A DNA stretch of 64,000 nucleotides. Origin: Octopus sinensis (lineage: Eukaryota). Below the pieces are notes generated by a model. It did no database searches. It was not told where the DNA came from and saw nothing but the letters and a program-made list of their open reading frames with translations. This document shows positions 62,591 through 64,000 of the stretch, piece after piece (position 1 is the first letter of the stretch; the number at the start of each line of letters is the position of its first letter). The position numbers and the translations under genes were made by a program. The stretch spans positions 63,054,001-63,118,000 of the forward strand of contig NC_042997.1 in assembly GCF_006345805.1 (NCBI RefSeq), in the 5' to 3' direction.

Positions 62591-64000
62591 GTGGATTCTC
62601 TCATCGAAGACGATAAATGAGGGTTCAGTAAATAACTTTCAACAATTCCTAAGCCTTGTGACACCGCATGTGTACCTTCAATCCAACAGATGTCTTGCAC
62701 ACTTTCTCGCAAATGGTACACTTGCATGTATTCGTTGGTTCAAAATGCCTTCTCGAGTGGACAGCTAACCCAGCTTTGCTTCGTGCTTTGAATCCACAAT
62801 GACACACACAGTCATTGTTTGGTGGATTTTGCTGATGCGTTGCTTTCAAATTTGACGGAGGCGATTACTTCCAAATTCTCTAGTCTTTAGAAAACACACT
62901 TCCCTCCATTTGCTGCAATCCCCTTCTGCAATCTCCCAGGAGCTCAGAGCAATGTCACAACGCTTCAGATTGCCTTTTAGTTTGTTCTTGTAACGAAGAA
63001 GAGGACACCCTGTTGGACGGGAATAATTTGTCAATTGCCCATAAAAAAGCTGCTTTGGAACTCTTGAGTTATCCATTCTTACGAGATGAACAGACCACCG
63101 CATTTGTATCTTAATCAAAAATATTTCAATACCAGTGATCTCACACCTTTCCAGTAACTCACTACTATTTCGAACATGATCTTGCCATTTAACATTGCAA
63201 ATAGAACGCAGACATCTCATATGGAAGGAATCAAGATGATTGATATGCTTGCGATACAAGGTCTACGTTTCGGCACCATACGGAATAGTAGGTAGAACAA
63301 CAGATTTGTAGACTGCTACTTTTACTTTCAGAGACACATCGTGGCTGTTCCAGAGTCTGTGTCGCAACCTACCAAATGCTTCACTTGCTTTATTGTTTCT
63401 GTTTTGGATATCGTTTTCAAATTTTGCATCATCAGACACTATAGAGCCGAGGTATGTAAAAGAAGATACTGTTTGCAAAGCTTTACCATCAACATATACC
63501 ACTGGCTTTGAAGAGGGCGAAGAGTTTGGTTTCGGCTGGTGAATAAGTTCAGTTTTCGTTATGCTAATTGTAAGACCAAAAGCCTTACATACATCAGAGA
63601 AGCTATTGAGGATGTTCTGCATGTCCTCAAGACTATGGGTGACAAGAGCACAGTCATCAGCAAAAAGGAGATCAAGAACAGTCTGCACAAAAGTTCGGGT
63701 TTTGGCTTTGAACCGTTGCTGGTTAAATAACCCTCCGCTTGATCGATACTCAACAGCTACACCTTCCGAGGTGTCTTTGAAGGATGTTTCAAGCATCACT
63801 GAAAAGAAAAGAGCAAATAGAATCGGAGCAAGGACACATCCTTGCTTGGTTCCATTTGACACTTCGAATGGTTCATTTGTTCGCAGTCAGACCGTACTGA
63901 CGCCATCATTCCATGATGAAAGGAGACAATCACATTCAACATCTTGTCTGGAACACCAAGCTTCCTCAAGACAGTCCACAAGGCATCCCTGGAGACGGTA
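62591..64000 (-). mobile_element. RTE (BovB-like) LINE, RT to 3' end, frameshifted; continues beyond the window
   Basis: KQGCVLAPILF, LLFADDCAL, FGLTISITKTE, FTYLGS, YKSVVLPTIPYGAET, MRWSVHLVRM, PKQLFYG, and C-terminal Cys/His fingers ending at a stop at 62649. Confidence 0.95.

Overview
AT-rich, repeat-saturated eukaryotic DNA. The SINE families, the TTAA MITE and the very high microsatellite load point to a coleoid cephalopod, most likely Octopus (inference from recognised repeats, not a database result). I found no intact host protein-coding gene, tRNA/rRNA gene or CRISPR array, and most ORFs on the track are translated microsatellites. The window is a mosaic of decayed mobile elements: RTE, Tx1/L1, Dong/R4 and CR1-like LINEs; Penelope-like elements (PLEs); hAT, mariner (DD34D), maT (DD37D), Tc1-like, Tigger and piggyBac relics; a probable solo LTR; and dozens of tRNA-derived SINEs. 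The best unexplained structure is a set of type I hammerhead ribozyme motifs with palindromic stem III (9445-9522 +, its damaged mirror 9240-9316 -, 18326-18418 -, and a decayed one at 19926-19970 -). The first three sit in outward-facing inverted duplications, and those at 18-20 kb lie among PLE coding relics. Also notable are a ~560-bp non-coding retroposon confined to (AAT)n tracts and a ~1-kb tandem duplication whose crossover maps by diagnostic bases to a 10-bp interval (43006-43015). Boundaries of old elements are approximate and identities are hand-counted.
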